A stretch of 64,000 bases of DNA from an uncultured Solirubrobacterales bacterium. Its GTDB lineage: Bacteria > Actinomycetota > Thermoleophilia > Solirubrobacterales > 70-9. Within the stretch, counting starts at the first letter, position 1; every line of letters starts with the position of its first letter. Under the pieces are notes generated by a model. That model was given only the letters and a program-made list of their open reading frames with translations, was not told the origin of the DNA and did not search any database. Made by a program: the position numbers and the translations under genes. This document shows, piece by piece, positions 18,313-27,852 of the stretch. The stretch covers positions 27,614 through 91,613 of the forward strand of contig CAWEBZ010000002.1 in the NCBI GenBank assembly GCA_963807425.1, written 5' to 3'.

Positions 18313-18837
18313 ATGGAGACGCTGGGGAAGAAGAAGCCATCGCCCGCGATGCTCGTGGCCATAATCGCGCTCATAGTGGCGCTGGCCGGCACCGCCTACG
18401 CGGCACAGACGATCAACGGCGGGGCGATCAAAAAGCAGACGATCGGGGCCGGCAAGATCAAGCACAAGACCCTCACCGGCTACCAGATCAACACCAACAA
18501 GCTGGGAGTGGTGCCTACGGCCACGCGTGCCGCCCACACCTACTGGGCAGTCGTCAACAACCCAGCGGGAGTCGGCAACGCAGCCCTCGCTCGAGCCAGC
18601 GATGCCGGGATCACCGCGGTTGAGGGCGGTGGCGCTGTGGCCGTCGCCTTCCCGATCAACATCTCGGGTTGCGCGAACGTCGCCGGACGCGACAACGCCG
18701 GGACCTCTGTACCCGGCCCTGGCTACGCCCAGACCAACACCTCGCCCGCCAACGCCAACGCGATCGAAGTCCGCACCCGGGACGAGAAAGGCGCTGACGC
18801 TGACGCCGACTTCCATCTAATCGTCGTCTGCCCATAG
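18313..18837 (+). CDS. Secreted/anchored hypothetical protein
   Basis: The ATG at 18313 is preceded by GAAGGGAG. Signal-like N-terminus KKPSPAMLVAIIALIVALAGTAYA. I recognise no domain. Confidence 0.5.
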   Translation: METLGKKKPSPAMLVAIIALIVALAGTAYAAQTINGGAIKKQTIGAGKIKHKTLTGYQINTNKLGVVPTATRAAHTYWAVVNNPAGVGNAALARASDAGITAVEGGGAVAVAFPINISGCANVAGRDNAGTSVPGPGYAQTNTSPANANAIEVRTRDEKGADADADFHLIVVCP

Positions 18838-18857
18838 TCGGGCGGCGCCAAAATGCT

Positions 18858-18894
18858 CGGCCTGTCCCCTCACGCCACCAGAGGGGGCAGGCCG
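18858..18894 (+). terminator. Hairpin downstream of the 18313-18837 gene
   Basis: 14-bp stem CGGCCTGTCCCCTC / GAGGGGGCAGGCCG (one G.U pair) with a 9-nt loop, 20 nt after the TAG. No U tract. Confidence 0.4.
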
Positions 18895-18937
18895 GCATAG
18901 AGGGGCAGGCTTAGATGCGAACGGCTAGGCTGGGCGC

Positions 18938-19141
18938 GTGAGCGAGGCAGAGCACGGGTTCAAAGAGGGCGACAAGGTCTGGGTCGAGGATGGCAACGGC
19001 AAGCACCATCCCGGGATCTTCGTCGGCGACAACGAAGCTTCTGGCTGGTTCGGCGGCGGGCCGAGCGCCTACGTGGTCCACCCCGAGGCCCACAACGCCG
19101 AGGTCGTCTCGATCTTCCGCATCACCCCGCGCGACGAGTAG
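18938..19141 (+). CDS. Small hypothetical protein (67 aa)
   Basis: GTG start. The translation has normal composition (KEGDKVWVEDGNGKHHPGIFVG ...), suggesting a small beta-rich domain. No family recognised. Confidence 0.4.
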   Translation: MSEAEHGFKEGDKVWVEDGNGKHHPGIFVGDNEASGWFGGGPSAYVVHPEAHNAEVVSIFRITPRDE

Positions 19142-19228
19142 CGGCCGGGGGGCTTACGAGGACTGGTACCTGGTACCTGCTCGCGAGCTGACCGACCGCG
19201 AGAGGATCTGGCCGAGCCGCTGAGGGGC

Positions 19229-19510
19229 TCAGGAGGGCAGCCGCGCTGCGGGCATATCCACCCGGTCGCCGTTGAAGGGCACGCCCTCAGCGACCAGGTG
19301 CCGCCGTTGCCGCGCCCCCTTTGCCAACGAGCCGTCGGCACGGACCACACGCCACCAGGGCAGATCGGGGTCGTCGCACTCGAAAAGGACCGAGCCGGCG
19401 AAGCGAGGCGAGCCAGGCGAGACATCGCCATAGGTAGAGACGAAGCCGGCGGGGATCTCGCGCACGCGCTCGAGCACGTCGAAGGCGCGGGTTTCTCCCG
19501 CCGAGGTCAG
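19229..19510 (-). CDS. Alkyltransferase-like (ATL) protein with an MGMT DNA-binding domain lacking the Cys acceptor
   Basis: IPAGFVSTYGDV ... PWWRVV: the PCHRV motif has Trp in place of Cys. There is no in-frame ATG. Candidate starts are CTG 19510 (overlapping the upstream TGA) or GTG 19477. Confidence 0.65.
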   Translation of the reverse strand: MTSAGETRAFDVLERVREIPAGFVSTYGDVSPGSPRFAGSVLFECDDPDLPWWRVVRADGSLAKGARQRRHLVAEGVPFNGDRVDMPAARLPS

Positions 19511-20535
19511 GCGGTGGGACCGAAAGCCGTGATGATCCGGTTCTGGTACTCGGAGAGCTCTTCGGGAGAGATGAAGTAAGTGGGCGGCGTGAGGAAGAGG
19601 CCGTCGGCCCGCTCGGCGGTGGCTTCGACCCGGGCGCGGACCTTGTCGAGCGGGCCGGCAGCGCAATAGGCGTCGACCATCTCGTCACTGATCGCCGCCG
19701 GCACAGCGGCCAGGTCGCCACGGCGGAATGCCTTGCCGGCGGCCACGGCGTTGTCGGCGAAGCCGTGCAGCTCCCAGAGGGGCATGTAGGTCTTGACCGT
19801 GGCGTAGAAGGAGATCGTGCGGCGGGCCATGTCGATTGCCCGCTCCTCGTCGTCGTCGATCGCGCAGCAGACGGTCGGCAGGTAGTCGAACGCCTTGCGC
19901 TCGCGGCCGGAGCGGCGCAGGCCCTCCTCGAAGGAGCTGACGACGACCTCGTCGATCCAGCGCAGGCTCTGGATCGGATGGCCGATCAGGCCGTCGGCGA
20001 CGTCACCCGCCATCCGGCACATACCCCCCTGCACGCCGGCGGTGTAAATCGGCACCGACTCGCGCGCAGCCGGGTGGGGCCGGATCCAGCCCTTGATGTC
20101 GATGTCGTAGTAGGTGCCCTCGTAGCGAATCGGTTCGCCCTTGCCGGCCTGCTGCATGATCAGCCGCGTCGCCTCGATCGCCTCGCGCATGTGCGGCGCC
20201 GGCTTGCCGTACTCGGCGTTGTGCCAGGTCTCGTTCAGGCGCTTGACCCCGGAGCCGAGACCGAGGCGGAAGCGCCCGCCAGACATCTCGTCGATGTCGA
20301 GCGCCGAGATGGCGAGAATGAAGGGACTGCGGGTGAAGGCCCAGGCGATCCCGGTAGCGACATCGATCTTCTCGGTCCTGCCGGCAAGGTAGGCCGCCTG
20401 GGTGACCGAGGAGCGAAAGAGCTCTGGTGCCCAGACACACTCCACCCCAGCCGCTTCGGCACTCTTTGTCTCGGCCTCGAGGTCGGGAACGGAGACGCCG
20501 ATCGCGGCTACGGAAATGCGGTCTAGCGCGCTCAT
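19507..20535 (-). CDS. LLM-class (luciferase-like, probably F420-dependent) oxidoreductase
   Basis: 342 aa from the ATG at 20535 (MSALDRIS...) with luciferase-like TIM-barrel sequence. The longer 605-aa ORF is an out-of-frame overlap with the upstream gene. Confidence 0.8.
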   Translation of the reverse strand: MSALDRISVAAIGVSVPDLEAETKSAEAAGVECVWAPELFRSSVTQAAYLAGRTEKIDVATGIAWAFTRSPFILAISALDIDEMSGGRFRLGLGSGVKRLNETWHNAEYGKPAPHMREAIEATRLIMQQAGKGEPIRYEGTYYDIDIKGWIRPHPAARESVPIYTAGVQGGMCRMAGDVADGLIGHPIQSLRWIDEVVVSSFEEGLRRSGRERKAFDYLPTVCCAIDDDEERAIDMARRTISFYATVKTYMPLWELHGFADNAVAAGKAFRRGDLAAVPAAISDEMVDAYCAAGPLDKVRARVEATAERADGLFLTPPTYFISPEELSEYQNRIITAFGPTA

Positions 20536-20545
20536 TCCGTCCAGC

Positions 20546-21670
20546 TCAGACCGAGACCGGCTCCGCGGCCTCGACGAGAACCGCATCGGCGACCCGCTCG
20601 CGATGCCACTTGGCGTCACCGAACATCGCCGCGTTGGCCTTGCCGCGCTTGAGGAAGAAGTGCAGGTCGTGCTCCCAGGTGAAGCCGATGCCACCGTGCA
20701 CCTGGAGCGAGGCGTCGGGCACCCGCCAGCCAGCGTCGGACGCATAGGACTTGGCCATCGAGGCCGCCAGCGGCAGCGTCTCGGGCGCGGCGTCGGCTGC
20801 CCAGGCGGCGCCGTAGACGGCGGAGCGGGAATTCTCGGTCTCCAGCAGCATTTGGGCACAGCGGTGGGAGACCGCCTGGTAGGAGCCGATCGGGCGGCCG
20901 AACTGCTGGCGGTCTTTGGCGTAGGCGACGGCCATCTCCATCGTCCGCTGGGCGATCCCGGTCGACTCGGCGGCAAGCGCGACGCAGAGGCGGAAGAAGA
21001 CGGGGTAGTAGTCGGCCTCCTCCGCCGGCAGGGTCTGCTCGGCCCCGACCCGGACACCGTCGAAGCGCACTGAGTAGAGGCGGCGGGTGAGGTCGATCGA
21101 GGGCTCGGCCTGGACGCTGACGCCGTCCGCACCGCGCTCGACCAGGTGACGGCAGCCGTCCGCGGTCGCGACGAGGAAGAAGTCGGCCGCTGCCGCATCA
21201 AGGACAAGCACCTTCTCGCCGTCGAGGACAACGCCGTCGCCGTCGGGCTTCGCATCCATCGTGAAGCCACCCGGGGTCGCCGGCGAGCCTGCATCCCAGA
21301 GCGCCGGCGTACCGCGCAGCTCACCGGCCGCCAGCGGGCGCAGCCAGCGCTCGCGCTGCTCGTCGGAGCCGCAAAGCGCCAGCAGGAGGCCGGCGATCGT
21401 GTTGGAGAAGAGCGGCGAGGGAGCGAGCGCGTAACCCATCTCCTCGAAGAGGACGCTGAGCTCGACTATGCCGAGGCCCTGGCCGCCCCACTGCTCGGGC
21501 AGCGCCAGGCCAGGCCAGCCGAGCTCGGCCATCTCGGCCCAGTCGGACTGCTCGAAGCCGTGCTCGCTCTCGGCAAGCTCGCGAATCCGCTCCGATTTGT
21601 AGCGGGCTGCAAGGAAGTCCCGCGCCGTCGCTTTGATTGCCTGCTGCTCGTCGGTGAGGTCGAAGTACAT
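20546..21670 (-). CDS. Acyl-CoA dehydrogenase family protein (no IYEGT-type catalytic motif seen)
   Basis: 374 aa with an ACAD fold. The C-terminal region reads GGIGFTWEHDLHFF instead of the usual xYEGT motif. Confidence 0.82.
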   Translation of the reverse strand: MYFDLTDEQQAIKATARDFLAARYKSERIRELAESEHGFEQSDWAEMAELGWPGLALPEQWGGQGLGIVELSVLFEEMGYALAPSPLFSNTIAGLLLALCGSDEQRERWLRPLAAGELRGTPALWDAGSPATPGGFTMDAKPDGDGVVLDGEKVLVLDAAAADFFLVATADGCRHLVERGADGVSVQAEPSIDLTRRLYSVRFDGVRVGAEQTLPAEEADYYPVFFRLCVALAAESTGIAQRTMEMAVAYAKDRQQFGRPIGSYQAVSHRCAQMLLETENSRSAVYGAAWAADAAPETLPLAASMAKSYASDAGWRVPDASLQVHGGIGFTWEHDLHFFLKRGKANAAMFGDAKWHRERVADAVLVEAAEPVSV

Positions 21671-21675
21671 GGGAA

Positions 21676-22854
21676 TCAGCGAAGCCTGGGTAGGCCGAGA
21701 ACCCGCTCGGCGATGATGTTCTTGAGGATGTCGGTGGTACCGCCCTCGATCGAGTTGGCCCGCGAGCGCAGGAAGCGGTACTGCCAGGCGCCGTTCTCGA
21801 CCGCATGCGAAGCGCCACGATCGAGCGGTGCGTAGGCGCCCTCGATCTCGAGCGCCAGCTCGGCCATCCGCTGGTTGATGTCAGCCCACTGCCACTTGCC
21901 CAGTGAGCCCTCCGGCCCCGGGATCCCGGACTGCATCGTTTTGGTCAGGCCGCGATAGGCGTTGAGGCGCATCGTCTCGGCCTCGATGTGGAGCTGGGCT
22001 ATGCGCTGGCGGTAGACCGGGTCCTCAGCCGCGCTGCCACCGTTGAGTCGCGTCTCGGCAGCCAGCTCACCAAGGCGCCTGAGACCGTTGGCGACCTGGG
22101 CGATCGCCCCGAAGGCAAGCCCTGCACGCTCGTTCATTAGGGTCGTGATCGCGACGTTCCAGCCGCCGCCGACCTCGCCGATGACGTTCTCGTCGGGGAT
22201 GCGCGCCTCGTTGATGAACACCTCGTTGAACTCGCCCTCGCCGGTGATCTGAACCAGCGGCTTCGCTTCGACCCCCTCCTGCTCCATGTCCAGCAGGAAG
22301 TAGGTGAGCCCCTTGTGCTTAGGCGCGTCGGGGTCGGTGCGGGCAACGAGCATGCACCACTTCGCGTACTGGGCGAACGTGGTCCAGACCTTCTGCCCGG
22401 TGACGACCCATTCGTCGCCGTCCTTGACCGCCTTCGTCTTCAGCGAGGCGAGGTCTGAGCCCGACTCGGGCTCGGAGAAGCCCTGGCACCAGATCTCCTC
22501 GGCGGTGAGGATCGGCTCCAGGTAGCGCTGCTTCTGCGCATCGGTGCCATGGGCGATCACCACCGGGCCGCCCATCGCCAGGCCGAGCACGTTGGCCGGG
22601 CTCGGCGCTTCCAGCCTCGATGCCTCGCCGACGAAGATCGCCTGCTCGATCATCGTGGCGCCGCGGCCGCCGTACTCCTTCGGCCAGGAGATCCCAGCCC
22701 AACCGGCGGCATGCATCTTCTGCTGCCACTCGCGGCGGAAGGCCATCACCTCCTCCAGGCCGGCCTCCGGCTCAGGCCCGGGATGGTTCTCTTCGATCCA
22801 AGTGCGGACCTCGTCGCGGAACTGCTGCTCAGACGGCGAAAGAGTTAGGTCCAT
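21676..22854 (-). CDS. Acyl-CoA dehydrogenase family protein
   Basis: 392 aa with the C-terminal catalytic motif SIEGGTTDILKN. It lies 5 nt upstream of the next ACAD gene. Confidence 0.87.
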   Translation of the reverse strand: MDLTLSPSEQQFRDEVRTWIEENHPGPEPEAGLEEVMAFRREWQQKMHAAGWAGISWPKEYGGRGATMIEQAIFVGEASRLEAPSPANVLGLAMGGPVVIAHGTDAQKQRYLEPILTAEEIWCQGFSEPESGSDLASLKTKAVKDGDEWVVTGQKVWTTFAQYAKWCMLVARTDPDAPKHKGLTYFLLDMEQEGVEAKPLVQITGEGEFNEVFINEARIPDENVIGEVGGGWNVAITTLMNERAGLAFGAIAQVANGLRRLGELAAETRLNGGSAAEDPVYRQRIAQLHIEAETMRLNAYRGLTKTMQSGIPGPEGSLGKWQWADINQRMAELALEIEGAYAPLDRGASHAVENGAWQYRFLRSRANSIEGGTTDILKNIIAERVLGLPRLR

Positions 22855-22914
22855 CGGCCGCGGAGCATACTGGGATTGGCCAGGCAGCCAGACAGGGAGA
22901 GCCTACGCCGACCC

Positions 22915-23391
22915 TCAGTAGCCGCAGACCGCGAGGCCGTATTCTTCGGACAGTCCCTTCGCCCTGCGGAAGAGTTCCGTGTTGGTCCTCAACCCCGTCG
23001 CGGGATCTTCTTCAGTCCTTTCGAGTCCTTCTTCGAGCGCTTCGATGATCGCCTCGACTTCATCCTCATCGCCGCTGGGTGCTCCCAGCGCTTGCAGTTC
23101 GTCGATCTCGCGCGTGGTGGACGGAATCACGACCGTCTCCGCAATTTCGGTCGCCTTCGCGTTGGTTTCCGATACGGATTCCTCGCTTTCCTTGACGACG
23201 TTCTCTTTCAGGTAGGCCGCCAGCTTGGATTCGACCCGCTTATCTCCCGCCTGGCAGATGGCGTCCGCCTTTTTGAGAAACGCCGCTTTGGAGATCGAGC
23301 TCGTGCTCGTATCGTCGTCACCCCCACAACCCCCCGCGATCAGCGCGATCGCCAGCGCGCCGACCGACAGTGCAATCAACCCCTTGCTCAC
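22915..23391 (-). CDS. Lipoprotein, paralog 1
   Basis: GTG start and lipobox LIAGGC. Shared motifs with the neighbouring gene: SSISKA.F...AD..C, EI..LGAP, and GYG..VC at the C-terminus. Confidence 0.6.
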   Translation of the reverse strand: MSKGLIALSVGALAIALIAGGCGGDDDTSTSSISKAAFLKKADAICQAGDKRVESKLAAYLKENVVKESEESVSETNAKATEIAETVVIPSTTREIDELQALGAPSGDEDEVEAIIEALEEGLERTEEDPATGLRTNTELFRRAKGLSEEYGLAVCGY

Positions 23392-23451
23392 GTTGACCCC
23401 TCCGCTTGCCTTGACTGGTGGGGGAAACCTACCTCGTCTCGCCGCGGCGGT

Positions 23452-23994
23452 CTATTTCCCGGAAGCCCCTTCCCCCTGGGCACAGACTTCGAAGCCGTAG
23501 CCCGCGACGATCGCGCGGGCCTTGCCCAGCAACTGATCCGGGGACTGAATCGCCATAGTGGGATTCTTTTCGGCCTTCTTGGCCGCCGCTTCCACTTCGC
23601 TCAAGAAGCTGACGATCTGGAGCTGATCCTGCTCCGGAGCGCCAAGCGCACGGATCTCGTCGACTTGGAACTGGAGCACCGGCGCCAGGATTTCCTTGGC
23701 GATGTCCTCGGTCTGCTGGGGATTCAGTTTGTTGCCTTCGATTCCTTTGTCTTTGAGATAGCTCGCGAGTTCGGCCTGGGCTTTTTTGCCGGCGCTGGCG
23801 CAAACCGCATCGGCTTCTTCGATGAACTCGGCTTTGCTGATCGATGAGGCAGTCGTCGTATCAGCGTTGCCAGCGTCGTTTCCTCCAGCGTTGCCGTTTC
23901 CCCCGCCGTCATCGCTTCCCCCGCCGCCGCATCCAGCCACGATCAGGATGGCGACAAGCACCATGGCAATCGTTGTGATCGGTCGCATGCTCAA
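23452..23994 (-). CDS. Lipoprotein, paralog 2
   Basis: TTG start at 23994 (GGAGGGGAG lies 6 nt upstream) and lipobox IVAGC. It shares the same conserved motifs and two Cys residues as paralog 1. Confidence 0.6.
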   Translation of the reverse strand: MSMRPITTIAMVLVAILIVAGCGGGGSDDGGGNGNAGGNDAGNADTTTASSISKAEFIEEADAVCASAGKKAQAELASYLKDKGIEGNKLNPQQTEDIAKEILAPVLQFQVDEIRALGAPEQDQLQIVSFLSEVEAAAKKAEKNPTMAIQSPDQLLGKARAIVAGYGFEVCAQGEGASGK

Positions 23995-24066
23995 GACCTA
24001 CTCCCCTCCAATTACTTTGACTGGTAGGGGAAATCTACACGCTCACACCGCCTGAGGCCAGAAGCC

Positions 24067-25254
<1,188 letters not shown>

Positions 25255-25271
25255 CGCACGCCTCCGTTCGA

Positions 25272-25287
25272 TTGACTGGTCAGTCAA
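25272..25287. promoter_or_regulatory. Palindromic operator-like site TTGACTGGTCAGTCAA (site 2)
   Basis: It begins 18 nt upstream of the thiolase ATG (25254) and ends 66 nt upstream of the hbd ATG (25353). The 21-mer 25270-25290 is identical to 15864-15884. Confidence 0.5.
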
Positions 25288-25352
25288 CCAAGAGTACCTG
25301 GCAGCAGGGGTCGGGCGACCGCTCTTCACGGAGCTTGATAGGAACCCGCACC

Positions 25353-26177
25353 ATGAATGCAAGCACGGGGTACGAGAGTCCGGGAATCGCGGGAAGCGGC
25401 GCCATCGCCACAGGTCTGGCCGCTGTGTCCACCACAACCGCCGACACGATCCTCCTCGCCAGGAGCGAGGCGTCCGCTTGGCGGGCGGAGGAGAAAGTCG
25501 TCGCGGCCTGCGCCAAGATCGAGGGAGCCGAACCGTCGCGACTGCGGGTAACGACGGATCCAGCCGACCTTTCCGAGTGCGACATCGTCGTCGAGGCGAT
25601 CGTCGAGGAGGTCGCGCCCAAGGGCGAGCTACTCGCCAGGGTCGCCGCGGCCTGCCCCAACGCCGATCTCGCAACCACCACCTCGTCGCTCGGCATCGCC
25701 GAGATCGCCGAGGCGGGCGGGATCGCCGGCCGCCTCTTCGGGCTTCACGTCTTCAACCCGGTGCCGCGAATGAAGCTGGTCGAGGTCTGCTTCCCGGATG
25801 GCACCGACGGCGCCCGCGAGAAGGCGCTCGCCTGGTGCGCCGCACTGGGCAAGACCGCGGTTGAGGTTCCCGACCTGGCCGGCTTCGTCGTCAACAGGCT
25901 GCTCTTTCCCTACCTCTTCGACGCCGTCCGCTTCATGGAACAGACAGGCATGGAGGCCGGTGAGGTCGACACCTGCATGAAGCTCGGGGCCGGCCACCCG
26001 ATGGGCCCGCTGGCGCTGCTCGACTTCGTCGGTCTCGACGTCTGCAAGGCGATCGGTGACGCCCTCTACGCCGCCTCCGGCGAGGAGTACCAGAAGCCCC
26101 CCAAGCTCCTGGTCAAGATGGAGGACGAAGGGAAGCTAGGCCGCAAGAGCGGCGCTGGGTTTTACACGTACGACTAG
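25353..26177 (+). CDS. 3-hydroxybutyryl-CoA / 3-hydroxyacyl-CoA dehydrogenase
   Basis: Starts at ATG 25353. Rossmann motif GIAGSGAIATG and C-terminal domain motif GHPMGPLALLDFVGLD. The upstream TTG at 25272 lies inside the palindrome and is unlikely to be the start. Confidence 0.87.
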   Translation: MNASTGYESPGIAGSGAIATGLAAVSTTTADTILLARSEASAWRAEEKVVAACAKIEGAEPSRLRVTTDPADLSECDIVVEAIVEEVAPKGELLARVAAACPNADLATTTSSLGIAEIAEAGGIAGRLFGLHVFNPVPRMKLVEVCFPDGTDGAREKALAWCAALGKTAVEVPDLAGFVVNRLLFPYLFDAVRFMEQTGMEAGEVDTCMKLGAGHPMGPLALLDFVGLDVCKAIGDALYAASGEEYQKPPKLLVKMEDEGKLGRKSGAGFYTYD

Positions 26178-26401
26178 CGCTTTCCGGCTAGATCCCAGAT
26201 GACGTCGGCCGGGGAGATGCCCTGGCGGCGGGCGATGCTCTCGACCTCATCCCAGGGAAGCTCGGCCTCGGGCAGATCGTCCCAACGCGCCAGATCAAGG
26301 GCCTCGACGGCTCCCTGAAGCGCCGGGCCGAGATGCTCCTCCGCGCGCAGCAGCGCCCTGAGAACCTCGAGCTGCTTGTCGCTCAAACGCACAACCCACA
26401 T
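26174..26401 (-). CDS. Small hypothetical protein (75 aa)
   Basis: ATG at 26401 with GGAGG 7 nt upstream. Acidic, helical-looking sequence. No family recognised. Confidence 0.4.
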   Translation of the reverse strand: MWVVRLSDKQLEVLRALLRAEEHLGPALQGAVEALDLARWDDLPEAELPWDEVESIARRQGISPADVIWDLAGKR

Positions 26402-26445
26402 GCATGACCTCCAGGATTCGGCGGGACGCGGGTTGCTCAAAGAAA

Positions 26446-27744
26446 TTAAGAACCGGGGCGGACGGAACCGCTGATGCGGACCGCCTCAATCCGGTTCTCG
26501 CGCACCGACTCGACCCGGATCGTGTAGCCGTTGGCCGTGATCGAGTCACCCCGCTTCGGTAGCCGGCCGAGCTCGCCGAAGACGTAACCCCCCACAGAGT
26601 TGTATGCGTCGGTGTCGACCGGCAGCTCGATTCCGGCGTCGGAGAGGTCGCCGAGCGACACGTGTCCGCGCACGAACCACTCTCCGCTCGCCAGCTGCCG
26701 CAGCGCCGCGGCGCGGGGGTCGGTCTCGTCTTCGATCTCCCCCACCACCTCCTCGAGAATGTCCTCGACGGTGACGATCCCGACCGTGCGGCCGTACTCG
26801 TCAACGATCACGGAGAGCGAGGTGCGCTGGACCTGGAGGTCGTGGAGGAGGTCGTCGAGCGGGCGAGTCTCGGGGACAATCACGGCCTCGCGAACCGCCG
26901 ACTCGATTCCGGCATCCGGTCCGTCGCTCATGAAGAGCCGGGCGAGGCTGTTGTTATGGACGATTCCCTTGACCCGGTCCGGGTTCTCGTCCTCGATCAC
27001 GACAAGGCGCGTGTGGCCAGAGGTGACACAGCGCCGCAGCGCCGTCTCCACGGTCTCAGAGGCATCAACGGTGACCACCGCGGGGATCGGAGTCATCACC
27101 TCGCGCGCCTCCTGCTCGTGCAGGTGGAAGACGCCGCCCAGCATTCCCGCCTCGCCGGGATCCAGCGTCCCACCCAACTTCGAGCGATCGATGATCTGCT
27201 TCAGGTCCTCAGCTGTGTGGCGCTCCTCGATGTCGGTCGGATCGACGCCGAAGAGACGGACGATCGCGTTCGAGAATGCGCTCAGCACGATGGTCACGGG
27301 CGCGGTTGCCGCGCGGAACCAGTTGAGCGGACGGGAGACACGGCGAGCGGTGCGCTCGGCGTGGCTGATCGCCAGCATCTTCGGCACCTGCTCGCCGATG
27401 CTGATGTGAATCGCGGTGACCAGGGTGAAGGCGATCGCCACCGAGAGGCCGACCGCGACGCCGTGCGAGAGACCGCCGAAGGCCGGCTCCAGCAGCTCGG
27501 CCAGCGCCGGCTCGCCCAGGAAGCCGATGCCGATCGACGCCATCGTGATCCCGATCTGACAGGCCGAAAGCGACTCGTCGATCTTGTCGAGCTGCTCGAC
27601 CACCGCCTCCGCCCCGCTCTCACCTTCCTCGGCAAGCTGCTCGATCTTCCCGCGACGGGTCCGCACCAAGGCGAACTCGGCCGCGACAAAGAAGCCGTTG
27701 ATCGCAACCAGCAGGAGCAGGAGGACGAGCAGGAGGATGCTCAT
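26446..27744 (-). CDS. CNNM/TlyC-family (hemolysin-like) transporter-associated protein
   Basis: N-terminal DUF21-type TM domain, a CBS pair and a CorC_HlyC-like C-terminus; 432 aa. Confidence 0.87.
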   Translation of the reverse strand: MSILLLVLLLLLVAINGFFVAAEFALVRTRRGKIEQLAEEGESGAEAVVEQLDKIDESLSACQIGITMASIGIGFLGEPALAELLEPAFGGLSHGVAVGLSVAIAFTLVTAIHISIGEQVPKMLAISHAERTARRVSRPLNWFRAATAPVTIVLSAFSNAIVRLFGVDPTDIEERHTAEDLKQIIDRSKLGGTLDPGEAGMLGGVFHLHEQEAREVMTPIPAVVTVDASETVETALRRCVTSGHTRLVVIEDENPDRVKGIVHNNSLARLFMSDGPDAGIESAVREAVIVPETRPLDDLLHDLQVQRTSLSVIVDEYGRTVGIVTVEDILEEVVGEIEDETDPRAAALRQLASGEWFVRGHVSLGDLSDAGIELPVDTDAYNSVGGYVFGELGRLPKRGDSITANGYTIRVESVRENRIEAVRISGSVRPGS

Positions 27745-27852
27745 CGGCTATATGACCCGGTACTTCGGGGGAGGTCGTCGTCGGCCATTCGGCGGAAGGG
27801 AATATAGCTTTCCCCTCCGCGGATCCAGCAGGAAGTGCCATATTGAGCCCGG

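Noticed and set aside
20536-21324. 605-aa ORF suggesting a large fusion protein upstream of the LLM oxidoreductase
   Set aside because: The extension is an out-of-frame overlap with the acyl-CoA dehydrogenase gene 20546-21670 and is Pro/Arg/Ser-rich. A proper ATG (20535) starts the LLM domain.
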